Shown here in pieces: positions 9,664-19,086 of a DNA stretch of 64,000 nt. Numbering within the stretch: the first letter of the stretch is position 1; the number at the start of each line of letters is the position of its first letter. Under the pieces are notes generated by a model that searched no databases, was not told the DNA's origin, and was given only the letters and a program-made list of their open reading frames with translations. Source of the DNA: a virus (taxonomy: Duplodnaviria > Caudoviricetes); IMG/VR virus record IMGVR_UViG_3300027374_000002, positions 1-64,000 of that record. The stretch is one strand, 5' to 3'. Both the position numbers and the translations under genes were made by a program.

Positions 9664-10104
9664 ATGAAGAAACCAAGTTTTTATAACAAAGAAGGTTATC
9701 CCAGCCCGACTGAGTATTACGCTGAACTTCACCTAATGGAAGAGGAAATGGAAAAGCAACGTGAGCTACACAAGTTCCGTCCTTTGGTTTATGTCTGCTC
9801 TCCGTATGCCGGTGATATTGCCCGTAATACTGCGCAGGCACGGCGCTTTTCAAAGTTCGCGGTTGATGAAGGTTTTCTACCAATAACGCCGCACCTATTC
9901 TTCACTCAGTTTTTAAACGATGCGAACCCGGATGACCGAGAAATCGGAATGTATATGGGCTTGGTGCTTCTAACCAAGTGCAGCGAATTGTGGGTTTTCG
10001 GTGAGAGGATGTCTGCGGGAATGCTGCGCGAGATTAAAAAAGCACAGAAGCGAGGAATTCGAATCAGGTACTTCAATGAAGAGTGCCAGGAGGTAATGAA
10101 ATGA
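9664..10104 (+). CDS. DUF4406/nucleoside 2-deoxyribosyltransferase-like phage protein
   Basis: YNKEGYPSPT N-terminus; VYVCSPYAGD, PITPHLFF, CSELWVFG..SAGM..EI. Confidence 0.75.
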   Translation: MKKPSFYNKEGYPSPTEYYAELHLMEEEMEKQRELHKFRPLVYVCSPYAGDIARNTAQARRFSKFAVDEGFLPITPHLFFTQFLNDANPDDREIGMYMGLVLLTKCSELWVFGERMSAGMLREIKKAQKRGIRIRYFNEECQEVMK

Positions 10105-12218
10105 TTAGTCCTTTCAGGGGATATGTAAAAACCAAGGACAAACATCCTTGTCAAAAATTCGGAAACGGTGAACCGCTTTTGTCTCTTGAAGACGTGAGCA
10201 AGTTAGACGAATACGCCGGGATATTAAACGGTGAATACACGGTTAAGGATGTGGATGAAGCCGGCGAAGCGGAAAGGGTATATGCGCTGGTTTGCGCAAT
10301 GAACCTAAACTGCCGTGTTTACAAAACTACGCGCGGATTACACTTTATGTTCCGCAACAGTGAGTTCTGTACGAAAGGCGTGGTCAAGGCAATAGATGCC
10401 TTCGGATTCACGTTTGATGTCCGCACCGGAAAGAATATGTACGTTGTCTTGAAAAGCGGGGGAAAAGTAAGAGAGATAATCCGTGACTTTGATGAAACTC
10501 GCCCGGTGGATACCTTCCCGAAAGCATTCTCACCTATTAAGGGTGGGCAGAGCTTTACCGGTATGGGTGAAGGTGATGGCAGAAATGGGGCGCTGTTCAA
10601 GCATTCTGCAACGTTACTTCGAAACGGGTTCACTCCGATGGAAGTGAAGACTATTCTTTTCCAGATAAATCAGTATGCGTTTGCAGAACCGCTTCCTGAT
10701 GAAGAAATGCAAAAAATCACCCGCAAGGATGCGCTTGAAAATTACATCGAACGCTCTACGGCTGAGGATGATTTCGGCTATCAGTTAAAACCGAAAGCAC
10801 AAAACGATACCGGCATGGCAGACCTGTTCGTTCGGGAATATGGCGCTGAGATCAGGTTCAGCAAAGCGATGGGTTGGCTGGTTTGGAACGGGAAGCAGTG
10901 GGAAGTTTCGGAACTGAAAGCAAAGCAACGTTATATCGAGTTTGTGAAAAAGGTTCTGGAAACGGCAAGGCAGGCAGTCAAAGATGCATACGCGAATATG
11001 GGTGAAGGGGCGTTGGAAGACGGAGATAAAAAAGCCGGTAAGGATAATGAGCAGCTTGTAAAGGAGGCGCTGGCATATTACAAGTTCGCAAATAAAATGA
11101 ACGATTACAGCAAGATTGTCGCGGTAATGCACTGCGCCGAAAGCCAGCTTGAAATTGCGGTATCCGAGCTTGACAGTAACCCCTTTGAACTGAACACGCC
11201 GAAAGGCATCATCGACCTGAAAACCGGGATTTCTTATGCGCACAGAGCTGAAGCGTTTTGTACCAAAATGACGAAAGTTGCACCGAGTACGGACGGTATG
11301 GAATTATGGGAGGACTGCCTCAATAGCGCAACTCAGAATAACACCGAATTTAAGGAGTATCTGCAGTATATTGCAGGGGGTATGGTAATTGGCAAGGTTT
11401 ATGCCGAGTCAATGTTCATCGCATACGGTGATGGTGCGAACGGCAAGAGTACCGTTTTCAATACTATTCACGAGGTGCTTGGCGATTATGCCGGAAAGAT
11501 ACCCGCAGAATCTTTGACTACCAGAGCAAAGAACGCAAAAGTCGACCTTGCTGAAATGCTCGGAAAGAGGTTCGTCTTAGCAAGCGAAACGGAAGAAGGA
11601 CAGCGCCTTTCTACCAGTATGCTCAAGCAGATAGCTTCGGTAGATGAGATTTCCGCAGAAAAGAAATATCACGATCCTTTTACATTCGCGCCGACACACA
11701 GCATTGTTCTTTATACCAATCATCTGCCGAGGGTGGGTTCAATGGACAAAGGAACGTGGCGCAGGCTCATTGTGCTTCCTTTCAATGCGGTAATCAAGAA
11801 CCCGCAGCGTGACTATGCCGAAACGCTTATAAAGCAGGCGAGTGGTGCAGTGTTGCAGTGGGCTATCGAAGGCGCGAAAAAGTTTATAGCCGGCGGTTAT
11901 CAGATGCCGCCTTGTGCAGTAGTCGATGAAGCGAATAAGGAATACAGAAAATCTAATGACTGGTTGCGCAGCTTCCTGGAAGAGTGCTGCATTATTGGCG
12001 AGATTGAAAAAATAACCGGGGGCGTGCTTTACAAGGCATACAGGGCGTGGGCTATCGAAACCGGCGAATATGTGCGGAGCAACCGTGATTTTGGGGAAGC
12101 GCTGCGTGTCGCAGGGTTCGAAATGAAGCATACGAAAATCGGCAATGAGTGGCGCGGGTTAACTTTGTCGGCTGACAGGGCTGTTGGTACTACGGCAGAA
12201 GAGGATTTTTTGAGGTAA
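10101..12218 (+). CDS. Prim-Pol/PriCT/D5 SF3 primase-helicase (P4 family)
   Basis: AEP-like KDVD and TTRGLHF; GRNGALF; Walker A GDGANGKST; TNHLP. Confidence 0.92.
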   Translation: MISPFRGYVKTKDKHPCQKFGNGEPLLSLEDVSKLDEYAGILNGEYTVKDVDEAGEAERVYALVCAMNLNCRVYKTTRGLHFMFRNSEFCTKGVVKAIDAFGFTFDVRTGKNMYVVLKSGGKVREIIRDFDETRPVDTFPKAFSPIKGGQSFTGMGEGDGRNGALFKHSATLLRNGFTPMEVKTILFQINQYAFAEPLPDEEMQKITRKDALENYIERSTAEDDFGYQLKPKAQNDTGMADLFVREYGAEIRFSKAMGWLVWNGKQWEVSELKAKQRYIEFVKKVLETARQAVKDAYANMGEGALEDGDKKAGKDNEQLVKEALAYYKFANKMNDYSKIVAVMHCAESQLEIAVSELDSNPFELNTPKGIIDLKTGISYAHRAEAFCTKMTKVAPSTDGMELWEDCLNSATQNNTEFKEYLQYIAGGMVIGKVYAESMFIAYGDGANGKSTVFNTIHEVLGDYAGKIPAESLTTRAKNAKVDLAEMLGKRFVLASETEEGQRLSTSMLKQIASVDEISAEKKYHDPFTFAPTHSIVLYTNHLPRVGSMDKGTWRRLIVLPFNAVIKNPQRDYAETLIKQASGAVLQWAIEGAKKFIAGGYQMPPCAVVDEANKEYRKSNDWLRSFLEECCIIGEIEKITGGVLYKAYRAWAIETGEYVRSNRDFGEALRVAGFEMKHTKIGNEWRGLTLSADRAVGTTAEEDFLR

Positions 12219-12229
12219 GCAAGACTGTC

Positions 12230-12328
12230 GGTGAAGGGTGTTGAACCATAAATTCTAAATTACTTTAAGAAATAATAAAAGCTGAAAAAATAAAAAAGTT
12301 TAGAAAACTCGGTTCACCACCATTCACC
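12230..12328. promoter_or_regulatory. Putative replication origin
   Basis: 18-bp imperfect IR (GGTGAAGGGTGTTGAACC / GGTTCACCACCATTCACC) around an AT-rich core directly after the primase. Confidence 0.55.
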
Positions 12329-12348
12329 CTCATTTCGGAGGTGGAAGT

Positions 12349-12630
12349 ATGGAAGAAAAGAAAATAGAAAGCAAACTTGCAAAGGCAGTCAAGCGTTCAG
12401 GAGGTATGTGCTTGAAATTTGTCTCGCCTTCTTTCGCGGGGGTTCCCGACAGAATTGTGCTGATGCCGGGCGGACGGATGGCGTTCGTTGAAACTAAAAC
12501 TACCGGAAAGGATATGCGACCTTTGCAGAGGAAGAGAAAATGGCAACTTGGAAAACTCGGCTTCAAAGTTTACTGCCTGGATAGTGAAGAAAAAATAGAG
12601 GAGGTCATCAATGAAATACGAACCTTATGA
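12349..12630 (+). CDS. VRR-NUC domain protein
   Basis: KFVSPSFAGVPDRIVLMPGG..FVETK. Confidence 0.9.
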   Translation: MEEKKIESKLAKAVKRSGGMCLKFVSPSFAGVPDRIVLMPGGRMAFVETKTTGKDMRPLQRKRKWQLGKLGFKVYCLDSEEKIEEVINEIRTL

Positions 12631-13957
12631 ATATCAACAATATGCAACGCGGTTCATCGAAAAGAACGAAGTCGCTGCCGTGTTTCTTGAATGCGGACTT
12701 GGTAAGTCTGTTATAACCTTAACAGCAATCAAGCACCTGATTACTTCCGGTGAGGTTCGCAGGGTTTTGGTAGTTGCACCTTTGCGTGTAGCCAAAAATA
12801 CCTGGAAAGATGAAATTGCAAAATGGGACCATCTGCAAGGGTTGACCTACGCAATTGCAATCGGGAGCGTTTCGGAAAGGATATCGGCACTGTTGGCGGC
12901 GGCGGACATCACGATTATCAACCGTGAAAATGTGGAGTGGCTGATAGAAAAAAGCGGCGTTGAGTTCGACTATGATATGGTCGTAATTGATGAGCTTTCT
13001 TCCTTCAAATCTCATAGCGCAAAACGCTTCAAAGCGTTGCTTCGGGCAAGACCGTATGTGTCCAGAATTGTGGGGCTTACGGGAACGCCTTCCAGCAATG
13101 GTTTGATGGATTTGTGGGCAGAGTTCAGGTTACTTGATATGGGTGAGCGCTTGGGCAGGTACATAACGCGATACCGGACAAACTACTTTACCCCCGATAA
13201 GCGAAATCAGCAGATTATTTTTTCATACAAGCCGCTTCCGGGTGCTGAAGAGCGAATCTACGAAAAAATATCCGACATCACTATTTCGATGCGTGCAAAA
13301 GACTATCTCAATCTTCCAGCCCTGGTGATGAACACCGTGAAAGTGGAAATGGACGAAAAGGCAAGCGCAATTTACAAGCAACTGAAGTCGGACATGATTG
13401 TGAATATACACAGCAGCGAGATTGATGCGGTCAATGCGGCGGCACTTTCTAATAAGCTGATTCAAATGGCAAACGGTGCGGTGTACGGTGAAGAGCGAAA
13501 GGTCCTGCACATCCACGATGAAAAGCTGAACGCACTTGAAGATTTAATCGAGAGCGCAAACGGCAAACCGGTCCTGGTTGCATACTGGTTCAAACACGAC
13601 CTTGAACGCATAAAAGCAAGGTTCCCGGAAGCCAGAGAAATCAAATCATCGGAAGACATTCATTCCTGGAACCAGCGCAAGATCGCTGTGGGACTTATTC
13701 ACCCGGCTTCTGCTGGACACGGCTTGAACCTTCAATCTGGCGGTTCTACCCTGATATGGTTCGGGCTGACTTGGAGCTTGGAACTGTACGAGCAGACAAT
13801 TGGACGCTTGCTTCGACAGGGGCAAACAGAAACGGTTGTGGTTCATCACATCGTAACCGGAGGAACTTTGGATGAGCAAATTTTGAAATCCATAGCAAAA
13901 AAAGAAAAAACGCAGGATGCGCTAATTGATGCAGTAAAAGCGGAGCTTTGGAGGTAA
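12611..13957 (+). CDS. SNF2-family helicase
   Basis: ECGLGKS, DELS, GLTGTP, HGLNLQ, QTIGRLLRQGQ. Confidence 0.92.
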   Translation: MKYEPYEYQQYATRFIEKNEVAAVFLECGLGKSVITLTAIKHLITSGEVRRVLVVAPLRVAKNTWKDEIAKWDHLQGLTYAIAIGSVSERISALLAAADITIINRENVEWLIEKSGVEFDYDMVVIDELSSFKSHSAKRFKALLRARPYVSRIVGLTGTPSSNGLMDLWAEFRLLDMGERLGRYITRYRTNYFTPDKRNQQIIFSYKPLPGAEERIYEKISDITISMRAKDYLNLPALVMNTVKVEMDEKASAIYKQLKSDMIVNIHSSEIDAVNAAALSNKLIQMANGAVYGEERKVLHIHDEKLNALEDLIESANGKPVLVAYWFKHDLERIKARFPEAREIKSSEDIHSWNQRKIAVGLIHPASAGHGLNLQSGGSTLIWFGLTWSLELYEQTIGRLLRQGQTETVVVHHIVTGGTLDEQILKSIAKKEKTQDALIDAVKAELWR

Positions 13958-13960
13958 TCG

Positions 13961-14179
13961 ATGACGAATGAGTGTGTAGAGAGTCTTGCAAATGCTATAG
14001 TTTTGCAAGCCGTGAAAGATTATCGAGAAGTGCTGCAAGTTTTGAAAAGCTATCCAAAGTATGAAAAAGCAATAACCGCAGAAGAGGAAATAGAGTTTTT
14101 TTTCCGGTCGGAGTGGTTTCAAACCCTATCCGGTATGGACGGAATACCGATTATGGAAAGATTGCAGAAGGAGGTATAA
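13961..14179 (+). CDS. Conserved phage hypothetical protein
   Basis: LANAIVLQAVKDYR..FFRSEWF motif; operonic spacing. Confidence 0.75.
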   Translation: MTNECVESLANAIVLQAVKDYREVLQVLKSYPKYEKAITAEEEIEFFFRSEWFQTLSGMDGIPIMERLQKEV

Positions 14180-14180
14180 A

Positions 14181-14591
14181 ATGACCGCGCACGAGTATTT
14201 GAGCCAGGTGTACTATTTGGACAGACAAATTAAATATGATTTACGGGAGCTTGAATCATTGCGTGAATTATCCATCGGCATATCTTCGCCAAATCTCGGA
14301 GAGCGTGTCAAAAGTAGCAGCAGTGGCGAACCGCCTTTTGTTAAGGCGCTGGAACGGATATGGAAGCAGGAAGAAAGAATTAATTCCGAGCTGAAGCGGC
14401 TGGAAGCGCTAAAAGAGGAAATTAGAAATGCCATAGAAACCCAGACGAACGCTGATGAACGTTGTGTGCTTCTTTACCGGTATATGCAGCATATGAAACT
14501 TGAAGAAATCGGTTATGAGCTGAACATCAGTATTAGCACCGTAAAACGTTGGTATAAATCGGCACTTTCTAAAATAAAGGTTTATAAATAA
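14181..14591 (+). CDS. DUF1492/ArpU-like late transcriptional activator
   Basis: MTAHEYLSQ start; C-terminal LLYRY..EEIGYELNISISTVKRW HTH. Confidence 0.8.
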   Translation: MTAHEYLSQVYYLDRQIKYDLRELESLRELSIGISSPNLGERVKSSSSGEPPFVKALERIWKQEERINSELKRLEALKEEIRNAIETQTNADERCVLLYRYMQHMKLEEIGYELNISISTVKRWYKSALSKIKVYK

Positions 14592-14633
14592 GAAATAGAA
14601 GAAAGTCTAAATCGGCTTTCTTCTATTTCTTAT
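14588..14633. terminator. Bidirectional terminator, perfect 18-bp stem
   Basis: ATAAGAAATAGAAGAAAG / CTTTCTTCTATTTCTTAT between convergent genes. Confidence 0.75.
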
Positions 14634-15312
14634 GTCCATACTGTTTAGTTCGAAGTGGTTTTATGTAGTTCTTGTTTAAGTCTCGCATAGAGCCAAAAAA
14701 TGAACTTTCCGATTTTGAAAGGGTGTGAACTTCCGCTTTCAAACTGATTAGCTTCATCGTACATATTAGATCGGCAACTTGAAATAGGCGATAATCGGCG
14801 GGAACAACTTTACGAAATTCCGCGTGCGGGATAAGTACAGTAAAAATAGTTGCCAGCATCTTTCCCAGTTCCACTTGTCCGTTGTCGTAGTAAATTATTA
14901 CTTTATCGAAACTATCAAAAAAGGCATATTCGTTTTTAATAAAAGCTGATAATTGTTTTGACAAACCAACGGTTAATGAAACAGAATCGGATATATGCTT
15001 TTTATCGACGTAGAATGCTGCATATTGGATATCGACTTTTTTTGTGAAGGTAATAATACGGTTAATAAGTCTTCTGCGTTCAGGAATATCCATGTTGGCA
15101 TAATCTGCTTCCCTGCGTATTATAGGACCTGCGTGAAAACAATGGTCATCATCCAACCCCATATCCGTGAGATTACTTTTTAAATGTTCAATTTGTGCGT
15201 GTATTGATTTTGACTGATCGTGAAAAACCAGTGTAAAAATATAAAACGGCGAATGAACTTCATAAGACCCGAAATCGCCCGATTCATCTATAAAGATGCT
15301 AAGTTCTTTCAT
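14623..15312 (-). CDS. DUF3800 family protein (moron)
   Basis: IFIDESG at the N-terminus and QVAD near the C-terminus; GGAGA RBS before the ATG at 15312. Confidence 0.85.
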   Translation of the reverse strand: MKELSIFIDESGDFGSYEVHSPFYIFTLVFHDQSKSIHAQIEHLKSNLTDMGLDDDHCFHAGPIIRREADYANMDIPERRRLINRIITFTKKVDIQYAAFYVDKKHISDSVSLTVGLSKQLSAFIKNEYAFFDSFDKVIIYYDNGQVELGKMLATIFTVLIPHAEFRKVVPADYRLFQVADLICTMKLISLKAEVHTLSKSESSFFGSMRDLNKNYIKPLRTKQYGHKK

Positions 15313-15430
15313 CTTTTGTCTCCACAAAATAAAAATGGCGGGGAACATCCCCGCCGAAGGTGGACCCGGTTCATATGAACAGCCCATATTTCCTTAATGC
15401 TATTGTAGCATATTTTTCCTTGAAAAGCAA
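15313..15430 (-). promoter_or_regulatory. Promoter and structured leader of the DUF3800 gene
   Basis: TTGCTT-17-TACAAT (15430-15402); perfect hairpin GGCGGGGA-tgt-TCCCCGCC followed by a U-rich stretch. Confidence 0.55.
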
Positions 15431-15700
15431 TAGTTTTTCTTAAAAAAGAAAAACATTTTATCCACCCCATAATAATATATGCAAAACAAAGCCATTTCAA
15501 ACACATTTATGGGATGATTTTATTATAGCATGTTTTGCGTTTTTGTCAATAGTTATGTGACAAATATCGGTATTACCATCGTGAACGCCGGTATAAATCT
15601 GCGCTTTCCTCGGATAAGCCACCCATTGAACGGTTGTGTTTTCTTTAAGTTAATGCTATAATAGCGGCAGAAATTAAACGAAAAATAGGAGCAAAAGAAA

Positions 15701-16006
15701 ATGAAAAAATTATATTATAACCCGATAGAAGTGCCGGTAGAAATACGGCTTGAGTCTCAGATTCTTGGAGTGAAAAAGCAGTATCCTTGCCACACCGGTG
15801 AAGGACCGGTATTCCTTGAAGAACTGTTCAAACTTGCAGCGACAGACAGCTTCGAAACAGTGGAAGTAAAACTCACGCCGCATAATCAGGCATATTACCG
15901 CGATACCAAAAACCCTTTAAAAGCAGTAGCGGTTGATGGTTGGATTTCACTTAAAGAATACAAAAACGCAGGCGGCTATCTCAAGGATAAACTGAACGGT
16001 ATTTAA
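15701..16006 (+). CDS. Hypothetical protein (moron)
   Basis: AGGAG RBS; promoter TTGTGT-17-TATAAT at 15634-15662. Confidence 0.7.
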   Translation: MKKLYYNPIEVPVEIRLESQILGVKKQYPCHTGEGPVFLEELFKLAATDSFETVEVKLTPHNQAYYRDTKNPLKAVAVDGWISLKEYKNAGGYLKDKLNGI

Positions 16007-16016
16007 TTAAAAATCT

Positions 16017-16421
16017 ATGCTGAAAAAGTTAAAAATTATTTCAAACTCAATATGCTATGGACCGCCGCCGGCAATGGATGATGAAGTTGAGCAAAGGCTC
16101 TCTATTACCGCGGAAGGAGGTGCGGTTTTAGTTCGGTATAATTTTGCTGGGCATCGCATCGAATACAAGCGTTTCAAAATACCGAAGGAAGAAGCACAAA
16201 ACATTCTAAGCATGATTGAAGCTGGAATTTCCGAAGAGAGTTTTATTGAAGTAACCGATGTTGGAAATTGGGGGCTGTGTGCGGAAACCGTCAATGGTGA
16301 AATCATAAAAATCGGGGGTTCGCTTGTGCCTATACAAAAGGACCTCATAGCTGCTTCCAAAAAGATGCGAGAGCTGACACAGCTTCCTTTGCTTATGTTT
16401 GATGGCGGGAACGAAGAATAA
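16017..16421 (+). CDS. Hypothetical protein (moron)
   Basis: 134-aa ORF, operonic spacing. Confidence 0.7.
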   Translation: MLKKLKIISNSICYGPPPAMDDEVEQRLSITAEGGAVLVRYNFAGHRIEYKRFKIPKEEAQNILSMIEAGISEESFIEVTDVGNWGLCAETVNGEIIKIGGSLVPIQKDLIAASKKMRELTQLPLLMFDGGNEE

Positions 16422-16450
16422 CAGAATATTAAAATGCTACGGAGGAAGAT

Positions 16451-16816
16451 ATGCAAGTTTTATTATCCAGCGTTACTAATATGTGGCGAGGCGGGAAAGG
16501 AATACTCGGAGAATGTGTAGCAACGGATGAAGGACTCGTTTTTAATAAACGTGGATTTCTTTCTACTTATGTCCGTGGTGGGCTTGTAAAAGGTATTTCT
16601 GATTTAATTTCTTCAAAAGAATTTTATCTTGTCTTGCCGTATAATGAAGTTGCCTCTGCGATAAAAGGTCGCTTTCGATTAAACAGAAAAGCATTGATAG
16701 TCACAACCTTGGAAGGTGAAGAAATTATCTTCGCAGTTTCCGATAAGCATAAAAAATGGTTTGCTTTAATGGATGAACTTGTCAATAATAAGAGCTTAAA
16801 CCCCGATAAAAAATAA
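16451..16816 (+). CDS. Hypothetical protein, possibly PH-like beta fold
   Basis: GGAGG RBS; G.CVATDEGLVF pattern. Confidence 0.6.
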   Translation: MQVLLSSVTNMWRGGKGILGECVATDEGLVFNKRGFLSTYVRGGLVKGISDLISSKEFYLVLPYNEVASAIKGRFRLNRKALIVTTLEGEEIIFAVSDKHKKWFALMDELVNNKSLNPDKK

Positions 16817-16851
16817 TAGCCCCTTTTTCAAAGCATGCTGGGGTTATAAAG

Positions 16852-16923
16852 TTGAACCGTGATGAGCTAAAATGAACCCCATTGAACCGTGATGAGCCGC
16901 CGCTCAGTGTGGTATGATATAAT
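16852..16923 (+). promoter_or_regulatory. Late promoter with phased direct repeats
   Basis: TTGAACCGTGATGAGC twice, 30 bp apart; extended -10 TGaTATAAT with no -35 consensus. Confidence 0.65.
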
Positions 16924-16995
16924 CGTAAAAAAATAATGAAACAGAAATGCGCGTAAATTTTATGCGCATTTTTTTATTTCCGAAAGGAGGCACAT

Positions 16996-17355
16996 TTGCC
17001 CAGAAGTCCGAAGGTGCCGTGCAAGCATCCTGGCTGCCCTGAGCTGGTAGAGCCGGGAAAGATGTTCTGCGCCAAGCACCTGCCTTTGCATAAAGAATTT
17101 ACCCGCCCATCGCAAGAACGTGGTTACACCTATGAATGGCGCAAGGCAAGCAAAGCATACTTAAAAGAGCATCCTTTGTGCGCAGAATGTCAACGCAAAG
17201 GTAGGCTTATTCCGGCAACAGTTGTGGACCATGTTGTGCCTCACCGCGGGGACCGAACACTGTTCTGGGACCGTTCGAATTGGCAACCCTTATGCAAGAA
17301 GTGCCACGATGAAAAAACACTCCGGGAGGAAACCAATCCTGAGTACAAATATTGA
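16996..17355 (+). CDS. HNH endonuclease (packaging-associated)
   Basis: HPLCAEC, VVDHVVPHRG, NWQPLCKKCHDEKT. Confidence 0.92.
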   Translation: MPRSPKVPCKHPGCPELVEPGKMFCAKHLPLHKEFTRPSQERGYTYEWRKASKAYLKEHPLCAECQRKGRLIPATVVDHVVPHRGDRTLFWDRSNWQPLCKKCHDEKTLREETNPEYKY

Positions 17356-17476
17356 CCGGGTAGGGGGTATGAAATCTCTGTGGATTTTTATATTGGACAC
17401 CGGGCTGGGGTTCGTTACGCAAAAATCGGAAATCAAACGGGGTATTAACCCCTAAATCAAACAAGGAGTAAAAAGC
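17356..17476. other. Probable cos/packaging region
   Basis: Intergenic gap between HNH and terS, the usual cos position in such phages; exact site not identified. Confidence 0.35.
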
Positions 17477-18031
17477 GTGGCAAAAGACGGTACAAATCGC
17501 GGTGGAACGCGCATAGGTGCTGGAAGAAAACCGAAGCCAATGTTTGATAAAATCACCGAAGGAAAGGTGGAAACTAAGAAAAGAGCAGGCAATTCTGGAT
17601 TACCAGAGCCTGCTCATTTTTCTGGCGTTGATGTTCCTCCGGTGAAAGATTATCTAAAAGCGAAACAGAAAAACGGAAAAGATATGTGCGCGGAAGCAGT
17701 GTTCAGGGAAACCTTCACCTGGTTGCAGGAAAAAGGGTGTGAGAAGCTGGTAAGTGTACAGCTCATCGAGCAGTATGCGATGAGCGTTTCGCGTTGGATT
17801 CAATGCGAAGAAGCAATTTCCGAGTTCGGCTTCCTGGCAAAGCACCCTACAACGGGCAACGCAATCGCCAGCCCTTATGTGCAAATGAGCCAGACCTATA
17901 TGAAGCAGGTCAACCAAATCTGGTACCAAATCTACCAGGTGGTAAAGGACAACTGCTCGGCTGATTATGGCGGGGCAAACCCGCAGGACGATTTAATGGA
18001 AAGACTTCTCTCTGCGAGGAGAGGAAATTAA
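17477..18031 (+). CDS. Terminase small subunit (P27 family)
   Basis: GTNRGG.R.GAGRK, IEQYAMSVSRWIQCE, HPTTGNAIASPY. Confidence 0.85.
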   Translation: MAKDGTNRGGTRIGAGRKPKPMFDKITEGKVETKKRAGNSGLPEPAHFSGVDVPPVKDYLKAKQKNGKDMCAEAVFRETFTWLQEKGCEKLVSVQLIEQYAMSVSRWIQCEEAISEFGFLAKHPTTGNAIASPYVQMSQTYMKQVNQIWYQIYQVVKDNCSADYGGANPQDDLMERLLSARRGN

Positions 18032-18048
18032 TAAAGGAGCATTTTTCA

Positions 18049-19086
18049 ATGAGATTATTTTCAACAGAACAGGTCAGCAAGTATCATCCGGATAAATATG
18101 CAGACCAGATTTCGGATGCAATCCTCACAGAGTGTTTGCGCCAAGACAAAAACAGCCATTGCGGAATTGAAACGCTGGTGAAGGACAATACGGTGGTTCT
18201 AAGCGGTGAAATCACTACCGCCGCCAAGCTCGATATTGATGCGATTGTTCGCCGCGTTGCCGGAAAGCTCGGCTACACGGTTGACAAGATTATAAACATA
18301 ATCGGGAAGCAGTCTCAGGAAATCAATAAAGCGGTAGTTTCGGACGAGGAAATTGGCGCAGGTGATCAGGGAACTATGTTCGGTTACGCAACGCGCGAAA
18401 CTGAAAGCAGACTTCCTTTCGGGTTTGACCTTGCAAATAAAATCATTGCCGCAATTGAAAAGGATGTCGAGGGTAATTCCGATACAATTTTCAAAGGCGA
18501 TGCTAAAACTCAGGTGGTGGTTGACCTGGATGCAGAGCCGGGCTTCGGTTCCGTTCACAGCATTTTAGTTTCGGTTTGCCATAAGGAAGGTATAGAGCTG
18601 GAAGCGGTCAAGGAAAAAGTAACGGACTTGATTGCCGGCATCTTCGGTGAACAGCCGCTTCCGGAACTTATTATCAATCCGTCCGGGTTATGGACGGTCG
18701 GTGGGGCAACGGCGGACTGCGGGCTTACCGGCAGAAAGATTGTCTGCGACCAGTACGGCGGTTATTGTGCAGTTGGCGGCGGTGCCTTTTCCGGCAAAGA
18801 CCCCTCAAAGGTTGACCGCTCGGCATCGTATATGGCGCGGTGGATAGCTTGCCACTTGCTTGAAGTACACGACCTGAAGTGGTGCGAAGTCCAGCTCGGT
18901 TATGCTATCGGCGTTGCTCAGCCCATTTCCGTTTGTGTGAAAAACGATAGAGACTTGGACCTTGCGGACGAGGTGCGCGAGAACTACCCGCTCACCCCGC
19001 GCGGAATCATCAACAAACTTTGCCTTGCAGAAAAAGACTATGAAAAGTTGGCAGAGGGCTGCCATTACCGGGAGGCACTTTTATAA
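18049..19086 (+). CDS. metK: S-adenosylmethionine synthetase (phage-borne)
   Basis: HPDK..DQISD, GAGDQG, GGGAFSGKDPSKVDRS. Confidence 0.92.
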   Translation: MRLFSTEQVSKYHPDKYADQISDAILTECLRQDKNSHCGIETLVKDNTVVLSGEITTAAKLDIDAIVRRVAGKLGYTVDKIINIIGKQSQEINKAVVSDEEIGAGDQGTMFGYATRETESRLPFGFDLANKIIAAIEKDVEGNSDTIFKGDAKTQVVVDLDAEPGFGSVHSILVSVCHKEGIELEAVKEKVTDLIAGIFGEQPLPELIINPSGLWTVGGATADCGLTGRKIVCDQYGGYCAVGGGAFSGKDPSKVDRSASYMARWIACHLLEVHDLKWCEVQLGYAIGVAQPISVCVKNDRDLDLADEVRENYPLTPRGIINKLCLAEKDYEKLAEGCHYREALL

